From Vicugna vicugna (taxonomy: Eukaryota), in assembly GCA_013265495.1 (NCBI GenBank), contig MU058059.1, positions 1,240,001 through 1,304,000 of the forward strand: a DNA stretch of 64,000 nucleotides. The letters run 5' to 3'. Shown here piece by piece: positions 1 to 15,455 of this stretch. Position 1 is the stretch's first letter, and the number at the start of each line of letters is the position of its first letter. The translations under genes were made by a program, and so were the position numbers. The notes below the pieces were generated by a model that saw only the letters and a program-made list of their open reading frames with translations, was not told the origin of the DNA and did not search any database.

Positions 1-871
1 AAATTTTCATAGTCATTTAAAGAAAGTCATTCCTTTTGAAGAAAAGACCTGAAAGATGATTTCTGGGGGTGGGGGAGGGGGAAGCCTTAGAATGTGTTTC
101 AGAGTTTGTCATTCAAAAATTTAGTCTAAATATTCAACCAGTAATTTTTGTAGTCCAAAATAAATAAAACAATAGTTTAGGTCTGTAGGAAACACTGCAC
201 AGAGATGAATTCTGTTCTTTATATGTGAAATGTGCGTGTGTGTATATATATATATATATCTGTCTTGGCAAAAATTCTATTCTGATCAAAATACAAATTC
301 ATATATTCAATTTGTTCTAATCTAATGTTATTGGCAGGGATTTTTTTTAAAGTTCTCTAACTCAAAAGTAATTTTTCAAAACTGCATCTTTAAAAAGAAC
401 ACAAAATGACTAAAGAAAAGCTAGTATAGAAAAAACTTTTGTTGAGACAACTGAAAAAATCCACAGGTCCCTGCTCCTCACTTAAGTCTTCCCTCAGCCT
501 TTCTCCCAGGCTTCCCTCCTGACTGGAGGGGGCTGGGACCACGTGGGCACCAGCCTGGCCTGTCTGATGTGACCAGCTGCCGTAATGGGAAAGGAATAAC
601 CATGGCCAGTTACAGCCAGGCAGGCCAGTTTGCGTGTTCCTTCTCTGTTCTGTGATGCTATGATGCCAGGGGATGTTTGGGGTACAGATACCAATGCTCA
701 CTCAGTCCATGTTCTACTGGGGGCATTTCGGCAGCCTCGGTGCTCAATCTTTACATTGTCCTTTCTTTAATCTACCTAAATTATAGAGACTCTTTAGTAC
801 AGTAAGTTTACGGTTGTCCCTAACAATCGAGCAGTAAATTTAGCCTACTAATTACTTTTCGCTCTTCTGCC

Positions 872-1400
872 TTAATAATAGTAGTTAACATTTACTGAAG
901 GTTTATTTGTGCCAGGAGTTGTTCTGAGTTCTTTAAGTGTGTTAATTTATGTCGTCAGCCCTCAAATAATGAATTCCACGAGTCAGATGCTCTTTATTGT
1001 CTCCACTTACCAAGATGTGGAAACCCAGGTCCAGGGTTCCAAAACCCCACCCAGTCAGGCTCTGTTGCCTTAACCTCTAGATTTTAAACCCCACATTATT
1101 CTGTTATTAAAAAAGCAGGCCACACGAAATGATTCTGTTTACCAGTTGATTCTATTTTAAAGAAAACGAAAACAACTTTAAAGAACACTTTCTACTCATT
1201 GTACGCATTCTATACAGGTATGAATTCATTTGGTCTTTGCGCCGGTCCTGTGCGATAGGCACATTATTATTACCATTGTGTGGGAAAGGAAATTGAGACA
1301 CAGAGAGGCTGAGTAGCTTGCCCATGGTCACCCAGCTAGAATGAGAGAAATTCAGGGTGAGGGTGCATATGCCAATTGTCGTCACTGTTTTAACATTCTA
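872..1400 (-). mobile_element. Two MIR SINE relics (~872-1078 and ~1215-1400)
   Basis: Reverse-orientation MIR core: gaaattgagacacagagaggctgagtagcttgcccatggtcacccagcta; catttactgaag...tgtgccagg. Confidence 0.7.
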
Positions 1401-1719
1401 GTCCGGCTGTTGCCGTTTGCCTTTGAACGAATTATTCCATCTTTCTAATTCTTAGCAACCTCACTGATAAAGGACAGGGGTTGATTATGATCTCCCACAA
1501 ACCCTGTAAAGTGACATTGAAAAAAACCTTGTTTATGCTGATCTGAAGATTTGAATGCGAACTCCAGCTTTTAACTGGCTGTGCATTCTAACACTTCTCT
1601 GAATAGCCCCAAGAATGGTTTCTAGAAAAGGATTCTGCAGGACTCTAAAAATGTAGAAAATATTTTGATGGTCTCCAGAAATGTCAGCTTCAGCTCAGCA
1701 ACTGCCAGTGGGTACAGAT

Positions 1720-1952
1720 AATCCCCAGCTCTGTGTAAATCCTGGCTCTACCATTTAATGGCTGTGTAACCCAGACAAGAGCTCCATTGTTCTGACCTCA
1801 GTGTCTCTGTCTGGAAAGTGGAGATAATAACAACCCCACCTCAACAGAGTTGAGTGAGGATTGAATGAAGAGTCATTGAGACAATATGTATACAGCACGT
1901 GGAACAGCACTTGGCCCACAGTGACCAGTGAGTAAAAGTCTAGCCTTATTAT
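1720..1952 (+). mobile_element. MIR SINE
   Basis: aatcctggctctaccattta...gctgtgtaacc...cctcagtgtctctgtctggaaagtggagataataa...gaggattgaatga. Confidence 0.8.
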
Positions 1953-3678
1953 TGCAGAAGGTCTCTGCTCCTATGAAAGGGAAGGACTGTGAGCTACTAC
2001 AGTGGTAATTGCAGAGGATTCCGTCTGAGGTCTGATGAAAGCCCAGCTCCTCCCAAGATTTGGGCTCATCTTTTATCTTCAGGGGAAGAAAATCTAGTGG
2101 AATTGCTCAGTGGTCAAGATAGATGGGACTTGATACTGAGCTGAATTAGTTTGCTGAAGTTACTTAATTTCAGGAGGCCTGAGACGGAAGGCTCAAGTCC
2201 AGGTTGTGCTGTGCTAGGCGGGCGGGGACTCGGGGGTCAGAGGCACCCAGAAGGGGATCAGTGTGAGCTAGAAGCTTTTATTTAATCTGATTAATACAAT
2301 GAGGCAATCGGCATTGTTAAGTTGAATCAATGAGTTGGACTGAATTTTCTAAAGTTCGTAAGGTATATTCTGCATGCCACTCTTCAGTTAAACTGAGAGG
2401 TACCAGCTTCATTATTTGCTAAAAGTCTTACAGTGCATTCTCTGATGACTAGTAACAGCATTTTAGAGCACTAGAACCTGTTTTTCCTTTTAAACAGCTC
2501 ATCAGACTTTCTCAGTATATAAGTTGCCCAGTATGCAAGGTAATGGAGAAGAAAAACTTGGAATATTTTTATAAGTGTGATAAAACAACTGTGAGTTGAA
2601 ATTTAACATGACTTGGAGGTCTGATTATACTTGCTTGTCACTCTTACTAGTGGAAACTCACTTTTGATATGTAGAAGAGCCAAATAAATTAATCCACAGC
2701 TTTAAAGTGAATTATTAGCTTAATGAAAATCCAATCTGGGAATAAATTAGGTCCTTTAAAAATTGATTACAGAATGTTACAGTATACAGTAATTTATGAG
2801 GTAATATATTCACTCTGCAAAGTTGTGTGTACAAATATGATATGACTATATCCAAGAAAAACAAATACCCTAAATTTACTGGGTCACTGAGACTGGGAAG
2901 CTGTGACTTGTTCACGGCTACACAGCTAGCAGATGCCAAAAGCTGGGGTCATCTTACTCTTAAATCTGCACTCTTTCCACTGCGCCCACTGCTTCACCAT
3001 GGGGACCAATGTGACCACATCTTTGACTGATTTTCCTTGAAAAACAGTATTTCAACCTCCTGCAAAGATAGCCTCAGTTGTGCTTAACTGGAGACCTTGT
3101 GTCCAAATGGCTGAGAGCAAGTAACACCATTCCCACGGTGCTCAGTTCACACTCAGAGGAAAACGACATCAGAATGGAACGCTAATTACTGTGTTTGTCT
3201 ACTGTGCCTGAAAATGAACTGAGTTTTAACAAAATCAAGTGTAAACAATCTACCGTATTATGAAAACATTACCTGTTAGCCTATGTAGGCCGTGGATTCA
3301 AGATCAAGAATTTAAAAGCAAAAAGCAAATAGTCAACTCCAAGAGGATGAAAACAGAATATTAAGCCTGATGTTCTGTAAATTCATACTTGGAGGACTGT
3401 AGAAGATTACTGTTTATTTAATGTTTCATTCTATTTGAAAGAGAAACTCCCAGATGTCCAATTCCACCCTACATACAAAAATTAAAAATATTCTTGATAT
3501 TGATTGAGTGAGGATGGCGCTGAGCACTTCGGGGGAAAGTAACTACAATCACGGTAGCAATGTCATAGCGCAGTATTTTAGATTTACCAGTTGAACTGTT
3601 GAGTGTTTTACATGTGTTAGAAGCATTAGTTCCACAGTGCAATGAGGCAATATTAAGTTTAACTGTTTGGAAACTTCT

Positions 3679-3684
3679 TTTATT
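3679..3684 (-). terminator. Candidate proximal polyadenylation signal (AATAAA) of TMEM200C
   Basis: Minus strand ttttgtAATAAAagaag, ~770 nt after the stop. Further AATAAA at 3413-3418, 2277-2282, 993-998 and 902-907; the 3'UTR may extend beyond the window start. Confidence 0.4.
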
Positions 3685-4455
3685 ACAAAAAGATTTTTTT
3701 CATATTAATGCTATTTTTGATATAGGTGTGGTAATACTCAGTAAAGTATTGTGACTTTGCTAGAGTGAATTAAGGAATGTAACAGTCCACCCAGATGCTG
3801 GCCCCTTCCAGTCTCCAGTAGACACCCTAGTAGCAAAATGTAAATACCCTTTTAAAAAATAAAGAGGCTTTTGGGCAGTTGGATGAGCAGAATGGGGTGA
3901 GGGAAGGAAAGTGCTCTTCCCGAACATACTCATGCTTTTGGCTTTGACTTCATTTAGTGATAGCAGTTCTCAGAGAACTGAGGCAAACCACTCTATGCTC
4001 TGCAAAAGCATAGGAGGAAAAAAGCTTGTCATTCACAAGCAGCTATGGACAAAACCAGTGGCTGAGTACAGGGTAAGGAAATCAGGGAACTAAAAAAAAA
4101 AGTTGGAGTAAAGTGCACAGTTACTGTCAAAAATAGATTATTTTGATCCTAAGAAAATTAAGAGAATTTTATCTAATGAACTAGATTGCTGACCTTTTAA
4201 TACATTTGGTTTTCATAGAACTTACAATCACCATCGGACATAAAAGACTAGTTTGCGCTTTAAAAAAATTGCTTGGAGTTATTTATCTACAGGAATCTCG
4301 TGAACGCAATTCAAGGCTAACATTCTGCAGCTCTTTGGGTAGTGGACGATTGCCTCGGACAAGTCCACAAGGACAGAGGGAACTGTGAAATTCACTGATC
4401 CAAGCGGGCATTTCCCCTATTTTCTCACTCTCTTCCCTTCTCCCTCCCTCTTTCC

Positions 4456-6430
<1,975 letters not shown>

Positions 6431-9049
6431 TCAGAGGGCTTGGCTGCAGCAACATCCCACGCGCTGCCATTGTCCTGCTCCCAGGTCCTACCACGTGTCT
6501 GTCCCCCACCCATAACCCGACTGACTGCCGTATGTAGAGACTAGGGGGTGCCATTAATGGATTAGAGAAGGAAAGCACTGTAGGAGATGATAAAACACTT
6601 GGAGAGAACGCCTTCTTTCCACCCCCCTCCCATACACCCCCCCAAGGTAATATCCCAGCATAACTCATTTCAAACCTTCCTGGCTGGCAGCCAGTGGAAT
6701 TCTGACCATTAGTAAAAACCAAACGTGGGGACTCAGAGAAGTAGGTGAGGGCTTTCCTGGCAAAAGCCTTTCCCTTTGTCCCACTGGACAGCTTTCCCAA
6801 GGGAGCTGCCACAGAGTTCCAAGTCCCAAACTAGGGGGAGGGCTCTGTCAATGTGGGACCCAAAGTCCCTAAAACAGTCACAAAAGTTACTGTCTTATTA
6901 AGACAAAAGGAAATCATTTCACTGGATGAAAATCTGGAGTTAAATCCTGGCAAACGGCTTATTTACCCCAGATAATTAATGGAGTCCATTGCTGGGAGAA
7001 CACCAGAGATGTCAGTGCTCTATTAATCCCTCCACCAATTGTCTCCTACCTACCACTGTCTTACAGCTCAAGACAAGCAGATCCCTTTCACAGCCGTTTC
7101 CTCATTTCTTTTCTGCAACATCTGGACAGCTTCTTGGGGTGGAATATTTAGTTTTAGGTAACTGGTTATGTAACTGCTTTCTTCCTTCTGGCCTCCTCTC
7201 CTCTCTCAGAGGAACTCCCTTAAAGGTACCATGTGCTAGATCTCATCAGGGAATCTGAGAAGTCCCCTAGGATCTCCAAGGGAAAGATCTTTTTCTTATG
7301 TGGGAAAATTACAATCTTAAAGAAAAAAATTCGGCCATAATAGCTTTCTGACCTCTTATTACTGTGCCAAGAGCACTCTAAGGAATCCAGATATTCAAAT
7401 GAGTAGGCAATTACTAGGTACAACAATCCACATAATGATGATTTGTGGAATGACGTCTCCCCAAGTGAGAGCTGCTTCCTCATCTTTTTCTCATGAGGTC
7501 ATTATCAGGAAAGGAGGGTGGTGACAATCAATGGACTGTCTGGTAGGAAGTTTAGTTGTTGATAATAAAACCTGGGTAGGTAAATGCACAGAGGCACCTC
7601 TGTGGATGTCTGTCAGCTTCTAAAAATTTCAATCCTGCTGGGTCCCTAGAGTAAACCATTTTCTGTTCCATTGGTTGTGTTCCCTCCTATAATAGAGATG
7701 CTAGAATTAAGGGCATTGTATGAATTTGAAAAGGCTTAGGTATCACTCACAATCCTTTGGGTATTTTATCCTTTATAAAATAATTCATGTTTTAGAATAA
7801 ATTACCTTTTGAAAATGTGGGATTACTTAGGTAGAATTTTGCTTTTAATTGGTGCCTGGGTGAAGAGCTTTGGCCCTTGATTTCCCTCCATTATGCCAAA
7901 TACAGGCAGGATCTTTTTTCCACTGGTGGAAAAGCAAATGGTAATCAGCTATTTACAATGTTTGCAAATCAGTATCTCCTTGGAGAATTTAGTTGGTTTT
8001 CAGTAAGGAGAAATGCTGGGTAGGTTAGAGAGGGGTTAGTAGATTACATCTATAAACCTTTTAAATTTTGTTTTAAGAAGGAGCTGCACCAGTAAGTACA
8101 GATTAAGAAAAAACAAACAACCCCCCAAACCTAGAGTAGCTTACTGCCCATCCCTCCCCCAATGAGCACATTTATTATACGGTTGTAACATAGAAACTCC
8201 TCTTTTAAGTGATCCCTAGACTCCAGCATCTTTAATGGTAATAATCTGGAGATCTGTGATTATTTTAAGAAGGATTTAGAAGCCAGAGATTTTAGAAGCA
8301 GCCCAGACTCAGTTGGCATGGTGGCTCTCCCAGAGGAGAGAAGGGCTAATATTTTGTTGGGCATTGATACGGATGCTGGACGTCTTCAGGGAGGAAGGTA
8401 CACACATGTATTTCTCCTCAGCAAGGCAGCTTTGGCTCTGGGTAGAATGTAAGGAAGATTGGAGTGGATTTCAATCGTTTACAGAAGACCTTTAAAATTA
8501 GTTTAATAGCTAGTAATTAACTCCCTAGTTTATTATTCCTTCAGCTCTGTTGAAGCCTGAATGCTTTTATAATGTATCTCTATTTCATGTGAAATACTGA
8601 CAAAGGTCAGAAGGCAAGGAAGATCCACCTTTGAGGTTTTCTTCATACATAAGGAAAGAAAATAAACTTGGCCTTTGAGGTTGGCTGCCCTAGCAATTTA
8701 CTGCCTGGTGCTGGTCTTTCCGTGGTTAAGGAATGGAGGATGGGGGAAGCAAAGGAGGGATGTCTAAAAATACAACTGCTTCCAGGAGAGACATTCAAGT
8801 TCTCGGCTCATGATGGATTAAGCCCCACTCTGTGTCTTGAGGCTCAGAGCCCGCAGGCTGGGAGCGCCCTGCCCTCCCTGGGACTCAATCCAGGTCCTCG
8901 ACCCCCGGTCCCTCATTGGCAGGGCAGCGAGCCCCTTGCCCTTCTTTTAGGTCTGTTTATTTATGTTGGAGTCACATGAGTGCAGCAGCTGGGAGTCCGC
9001 CTCTGGAGAGAAGACAGGCAGGAGCGAAGTGAGGACAATCCTGAACTCG

Positions 9050-10410
9050 CTTTTATCTGGGCAGCGCAAGCCGTGTAGCCCGCCCAGGAAAATCACTCTC
9101 CTGTACACCCGCGGGGGGGACCGGGGTTCGGGCAGGAGGGCTGGGGAGGGCTGCTCGGAGGCTGGGGACAGACAGAATTTCTCAAAATGGCAGCGCTAGA
9201 AGCAAACAATATCGCTCACTTACCCAGGAAGACTGGGGCAGCTCAGGGCTGGCGAACGGGCGCTCGGGCGACACAAAGGAACCATGGAGAAACTTTTTCA
9301 GCCCGAGCCGACGGCAGAGCGCAGGGACAGCGCCTTGGGGCCCGCCATCCGAGCGCGGCTCAGCATCCCAGCAGGGGTGAGCGCCCGCCCCAGGTTCGCA
9401 GCCCCCTCCGGTGCCAGGGCGGGAGCCATTTCCAAGAGTTTCCATGAAGTGTCAGGTCCTCCGCATCCTGCATCCTGCCTGGAGCCGGTCTCCCCGCCGC
9501 CGCCGCCCCTGCTGGTCGCCGTGCCCTCCCGCGGCGCTCCTGGCCAGCCCAGCGCCTCTTTGTGTGGCTGCGGCGCGCCGGGCTCCGCCGGGTGGAGTTG
9601 AGCCCGCGGCGGCGGTGGCTTGCGCGGCTCGGGGCGGCCGGACCCGCGGCTGTTGCTAAGAGACCGGAGCCATGACACAGGGAAATTGCTGCCGGATGGC
9701 AGTCGGTAATTCCTCTCCCGCCGGCGCGCGTCCCCTCGAAAGAACCGCTTCCCCGGGGACCTGGAGACGCTCGGGAGGCGGAGTAGAGGGCTGGGGCCCG
9801 GGGGTGCACGCAGGTTGGGCAGGGCGCGGGGCGCCTCGGCCTCGGTCCTCCCCACCCCCGGAGCGCCCCGGGACTGCCGCCTGCCCTGGCTGGGAGCTTT
9901 GTTCTTTTTCTTTCAACTACCTGTCTGAGCAGCGGGCTGGAGGGGGCCCAAAGAAAGGGCTGCTGCTTCCGGAGGGGGCCCGCATCAGCTTCCGAGGGGG
10001 CACTCTCGGGGAAGAAAGAGGTAGCGCCCCTGTTTCTCTGCCTCCCTCCCTCCTCGCCTCCTCTCTTCTCTCTCCTCTTTTGTTGCCTCTACTCTTGGAC
10101 ACGACACAGCCTCTGCTGTTTCCCCCCTCCCACTTGGGAGTTTGCAGTGTGGACGCACAGCGAACACAGTAAGTTGTCCCTCAGCGAACTCGGCCAGCCG
10201 AGTGGGGCCACCCCCACCAAGCTGTGCGCACCGCGGGGCTGGTGGCAACCTCTGTCTGCTGTCCTCGAGCTCCAGGGAAGCCGGGTTTTGTGGCCGGCCT
10301 CCCTAGGACGGCGGCTCCCCCGGAGGCGGGCAGCTGGGGCTTATCGGGGATTAGAATCAACACCAGGGTTCTTCCTCACCAGCCCCTCCTGTGCCGACGC
10401 CGTGAGGTAA
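9050..10410. promoter_or_regulatory. CpG island, probable TMEM200C promoter
   Basis: Very GC- and CpG-rich, ~3 kb upstream of the coding exon in transcript orientation, and contains the minus-strand splice donors. Confidence 0.85.
9224..9655 (-). other. TMEM200C: Probable non-coding upstream exon of TMEM200C (donor well supported, 5' boundary tentative)
   Basis: Consensus donor TGG|GTAAGT at 9224/9223. Candidate acceptor tctctTAG|caaCAG at 9655/9649. A weaker upstream donor CAG|GTAGTT at 9921 could end a first exon. Confidence 0.5.
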
Positions 10411-12494
10411 TCAGCAAGCATTAAAAGGAAAACTGTAATTCTCCGGGAATCAGGGTTAGAATCAAAGAGGGGAGGTGGGGGTAGGGAGGCTGTCCAAAGT
10501 CCCTACGTCATTGTAAAAAAGCGAGAGGGAGAGAGAAATCCTGTTTCCTAGCTTATCCCTGCCCTTTCAACTGTAAAGTAGAAATGACAGGGAAAAGAGA
10601 ATTTCAAAGTGGAATTTCCCCGTGGAGAATTGAGAAGAAAGTAAGAAAGATTTCAATTATCTATTGAAATGGGGCAGCCAGGAGTCATGAAGAAAGAAAT
10701 GGAAGAGTCAGTGAAGCAAGTGCTCTCTGAACTCTGGGGTCCAGACAAACATTTTAGTGGTAGTGGTGGGGCTGTTGTATATTCTGAGTTATTATGTTTA
10801 AGGGTGGGGTGGATGGAACCCATACAGGAGGGCTTTGCTGCCCAGGGTTCCAGTTATAAGGTTGTTCCTCAGGGTACCCAGCATTCACTTGTGTTTAAAG
10901 CTAGAGCTTGCACTTTGTAAAAAGAACAATAAAGACCAAACATTTACAGGTTTAAAGAAATAAATGTGGATAGTGATATGTGAGGTGAGTTTGGAGATGG
11001 AGGGGCGGATGGAGGAGGAATGTTTCCTCAAAGGAAACCCTGCACCTCCCTGTTTGAAAGGTGGCCTGTGTCACCCTTTGCAAGCAGATAACGAAGCTGG
11101 ATGGTGATGGGGTTACTCAGAACCCACCTCCTTCCACCTTTGTGTCCCTGCTCAGATTCAAAATGTTAGAAAACAAGCCACAATAAAGGGAAACTTTTCA
11201 GTCCCACATCGGGTTTTCTTTCAGAGAGATCCCTGCAAAGGAGAAATAACTTGGTCTAGTTGTCATTTTAAAGGAGTTTTGTTTTGTTTTGTTTTGTTTT
11301 TGGCTCCGAGCATCTAGACTCCTTGAATCCCAATGATAATCTGGTGTTTTGCGTGAAGATTGAATCTGAGAACTCATTTCGTTACACAGCTGGCTGCTGA
11401 GGCCATGGGTGGTGGTTCCTACCCTTGTGGGCCTCCGTTGGCTGAGCTGTGTAAACAGGAATCATCCTCCAGAACTTCATTAGGACCTGAGGTGGATCAA
11501 GCCATTAATAGTTTCAAATTTCTGCATAAATTGTTGTCATCATTTGCACGGTTAAAACTCATTTGAAGGATTTGTGAAAGAATCCTTTTCTAGACAAACA
11601 GGTCTTGGGATATATTTTTCTTATATTGATGACTGCAATAAAATTTATGGTTTATTATTAAAAGGCTTCCTTCCAAGTTGAGTTCTTTGGAACTTTGAAA
11701 TGTTTTCACCTGAGTGCTATCACCTTTGGGAATTTTCTTTGTTTTCAGCTCAGGGTATCGGAGGAAATCAGATCACATCTGTTTCCAGTGGACTCCTTTA
11801 GCCTGTCTGTGATAATATAATATCAACATACATTCCCACGGGGGTTCCAACTTCTGTAGTTATTTTTAAAGGACTCGTGATGCTCTTGGCCTTCTGGAGT
11901 TATTTTCTTTCTAATTTCACTGGCCTTTCACTTTGGATGATTTCTGAGATTATGGGACACCCCCTTTCATCCTACTGAGGACTGAAGGGCTAAGGCTACC
12001 AAATCATAATAACTCACCAGTGTCTCAAGAACTCGGAGCTGAGCACAGCATTCAGAACATGTCATAGGGGAGAGTCATGCAGGCCCAGGGTAAAAAGAAG
12101 AGGGGAAAGATTAGCTGAGTTTAGTTGGATTAAATTCTGACCTGAAAGCTTTCATCTGCTCTTTCTTAAAAACAACCTTTATGTAATTTATTCCATTTCA
12201 TAAGTTATTCACAGTCCATTTACTTCCCTTGATCATGTCATCCACCTGTGCTCCCAGAGCCGTCCAGCAGGAGACCTGGTGGCCTGCCTGCTGCTCTGGG
12301 CCACTGATGCCCCTTTGCTCCCCAGGAATGTGCAGTGGGAAAGGGGTTTGCTTGTGGCAGCAGTGTAGCTGCTCTGACCTCTTCCCACACCCTGTTCTCA
12401 CAGATTATTCAGGCAGTTCAGTGTCATGGGTTCAGGAACGAGTTTGTATCCTTCACAAAGCAGCTACTTAATTTAATTAAATAGATGATGTAAT

Positions 12495-12625
12495 GTTCTC
12501 TGCCTCAGTTTCCCCATCTGTAACGGAAATAATGACACATGTCTACATCACGGCATTATTGTAAGTTTAGTTCATGTAAACTAATGCTTAGCACCTGGTA
12601 AACACTCAGTACACTTAGCTGTCAT
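12495..12625 (+). mobile_element. MIR SINE
   Basis: ctctgcctcagtttccccatctgtaa core. Confidence 0.75.
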
Positions 12626-13184
12626 CCTTGTCAGGCCAGGCATCTTCTCCCAGCTTGTAAGCCTCACTCTCGCATTCTATTCTTACTCACCAGCATCTCC
12701 TGGAGAGGTATCTGCACTCCATTGTTCTGAAATGGAGTTTCAGGATCAGCTTTTGTGACTGAGTGATGCCTGTCCACAAGGCTCAGGCTCAGTGTTGCTC
12801 AAGACAGCCCGCTTCCCAGGGGAGAGAAAACACTTTTCCCCCATTGCTATTTTGCTCATTTTTCAATTCCCAGGGTCCCTTCATTTCAGTTTGTTTGAGA
12901 ACCTAGATCGCATACTCAGGTCACTCTAGAGTCAAATTTGGAATTTGGGAAGACAAGACCAAGAAGACATCCTTCAGACTGGAAGTTTGAGGATTTCACA
13001 GAAAAGACTCTTGAGTTTATAGCATCTCTATAGCAGAAGAAGGAAACAGCTATCCTGAGGTTAAACACAGGGCACCAAATACCTCACTCCTTGTCTTTCC
13101 TTCTTCCCTTCGTGCGCCTACCAGTAAAAAACATGACAAACAAAAGCATGACCAAAGAAAACAGTAAACTCAGCCCTAGCCAAT

Positions 13185-13295
13185 AAAATCTTACACGCAC
13201 AGATGCTCAAAAACTCTGTTGTTTACCTGAAATTCATATTTCACTGGGCACTGTCTCCTACCTGCAAACCCACTGTTACATACCTTGGTAACCTC
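13185..13295. mobile_element. Possible MER53-like hAT relic
   Basis: tgttgtttacctgaaattcatatttcactgggca...tggtaacct resembles the MER53 core. Confidence 0.45.
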
Positions 13296-14494
13296 ACAAT
13301 TTTTTCACGGCACAGGCAAGGGTAAAAGAGCTGATAAAACAGAAAATACGAGCTGCAACAGTGGGTTAAAGCCCCATTCATTTCTTTAGGAAGAGAACAG
13401 ACAGGAAAAGAAAACACCTAGCAGAGCCTGGATGGAGCAAGAGAACTTAGAAAACTCAAGGACGGCATTTCCACACTTGCTGCTCTTGGCCTTCGGGTTT
13501 CTCAGTGAGAGATTACGTGGTTTGTGTTTCTAGCCCTTCCCTGTGGAACATAGCTGTGCCAGTGGGACAGATGCCTGCCTCTGCCTCCAGTCCCTGGAGT
13601 CCCACAAATGACCCCATGAGAGAAAGATCTCAGCATCACTTTCAAGAACTTCTGTTTGGAAACAAAGGGTAAAGTCATGCTGTGTCAAGGTTAAGAGCAA
13701 GCCCGTTCTTATGCATCTGAAAGGTATCAGAATTCAAGCCCAAATGCTTCCAACCACAGAGGAAAGGAAATGACAAAACTTCTGGGGAGCGTTCCTTCGA
13801 ATACATCAGACAGGGGCCTCTACCTCCATTCCAGGCAAAGGGCCTGTGGCAAAGACAGCTCTCACTTTCTGCCTTCAGCCCCATTCGTTCTTAATTTTGC
13901 AAATCACCAAGCTCTGGAGACCTACCAGGGGTTGTTTTCTCTAATAAGTAGGTTCATTTTTGTACACTCGATTTCTCCCTATGCCCAGCAGTCTCTGCTG
14001 TTTTCCATGTACACCATCAAAGCTGGATTGTGTGCCTTAGAAAATAATTGAGGTCTGAAATGAGAAACCAGGGTGTGTTTGCAGGCCTGAAAGCAGATCA
14101 GAGCCCAGCTTGGAAAGGGCTTTGCAGAGACGGCTCCATCAGCGGTCAGCCAAGAGGAGACTCAACAGCTAAATTTGCTCTGTGTCCCCAAAGCATGTCC
14201 TACGTGTCCACACTGACGCCACTTCTGTCATTTCTTATAATCCACAAGCACTCTGGACAGAAGATTTGCCCTACTGAGAACTAACAGAAACTCACATGTC
14301 CGAGTGCCTTTCAAAATTAATTGTGATGTGAGCTGCTGTGAGTACTCAGCAGGAAAGGAGAAACACACAGGCAAGGAACTCATTTTCAAAAGTAAAGAAA
14401 CATAAGATTCCAGGATGAAGGCTTGGGTGACAGGTCTCTGAGTCATCCCAAAAGCATGTTCTTAGACGCCTCTGGTATGCCCAGTTCTTTGATT

Positions 14495-14830
14495 CTTGCA
14501 CTGATTCACTCCACAAATATTTACTGAGTAGCTGCTGTGTTATAGTTACTCTTCTAGGCACCAAGGGAGAGTGGTGAACAGTGTAAACCAGGTCCCTCTC
14601 TGGAGTGGGGAGATGTGGCAGGGAATGAACAAGTAAACGAAGCAAGGATTTTTCAGAACTTGATGAGTGTCGTGAGCAAATTAAAAGAGGGCACTGTGAC
14701 TGCTGAGGGGCTGCAAGAGAGAATCATTTCGACTGGGGGTTCAGGGAAGGCCCTGCCAAGGAGTAACATTTGCACTGAAGGCTGGAAGGAGCTGACCATT
14801 TGAGCATATTCCTGGGACAAGGGAAGATGA
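14495..14830 (-). mobile_element. L2 LINE 3' fragment
   Basis: attcactccacaaatatttactgagtagctgctgtgt...tctaggcac (L2 3' end, reversed). Confidence 0.7.
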
Positions 14831-14918
14831 GGGCACACAGCTCTCCCAGCCTGTGACTGAGTTAGGTTCATTAAAAAATAATTAGTGACCAATGCGAGGC
14901 AAGAGGGTAGAGGACTTT

Positions 14919-14925
14919 TTAAAAA

Positions 14926-14956
<31 letters not shown>

Positions 14957-15036
14957 TTTAATAGAAGGACTAGGGATTGAACCCAGGACCTGTGCATGCT
15001 GAGCGTGCACTCTACCACTGGGCTATACCCTTCCCC
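14919..15036 (-). mobile_element. tRNA-derived camelid SINE (Vic-1 type)
   Basis: Minus strand GGGGAAGGGTATAGCCCAGTGGTAGAG...GGTTCAATCCC (pol III A/B boxes), (AAT)n tail, 10-bp TSD agaggacttt at 14909-14918 and 15037-15046. Confidence 0.88.
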
Positions 15037-15286
15037 AGAGGACTTTAGGAGAAATGATCACTGGGGAGAAAAACTAGTTAAGGACTAGCTCGTGCATTTG
15101 GACCCTTCCACTGACCTGGAATGGATCTGGGGAAGTGGAGCAAAGGTGGAGAGGTAGGCACTGGGCAGTAATGATGTGGGCTTAACCTCTCTGATGGGCG
15201 CAAGGGGCCCAGGGAGTAGGGGCCAAGCATGCCGTTGACAGGGATGTTAAGATGCTCGGAATGGGGAGGGACCTTCGGGTACCCTA

Positions 15287-15455
15287 GTCCCTTGCTCCTC
15301 GTTGTGTGGTCTGTGGACTGGCAGCATCAGCATCACCTGGGAGCTCATTAGAAATGCAGAATCCTGGGCTCCGTCCCAAACCTGCTGAGTCAGAATCTGC
15401 ACTTTAACAAGATGCCCAGATGATCTGGGTGCACATTACACTCTGAGAACCACTG
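15287..15455. mobile_element. MER5-family hAT-Charlie DNA transposon relic
   Basis: cagcatcagcatcacctgggagctcattagaaatgcagaatc...aatctgcactttaacaagat...tgagaaccactg. Confidence 0.8.

Noticed and set aside
872..1952. Oppositely oriented MIRs as a dsRNA-forming pair in the putative TMEM200C 3'UTR
   Set aside because: The copies are too diverged for convincing pairing, and their inclusion in the mRNA is unproven.
9182..10424. ORFs of 80-185 aa in the CpG island as standalone genes
   Set aside because: Low-complexity Gly/Pro/Arg/Ala translations typical of CpG islands; only the spliced uORF scenario was retained.
14960..15036. tRNA-like sequence (also at 28620-28695)
   Set aside because: Followed by simple-repeat tails, one copy has a clear TSD, and the stems are degenerate: these are SINE heads, not tRNA genes.
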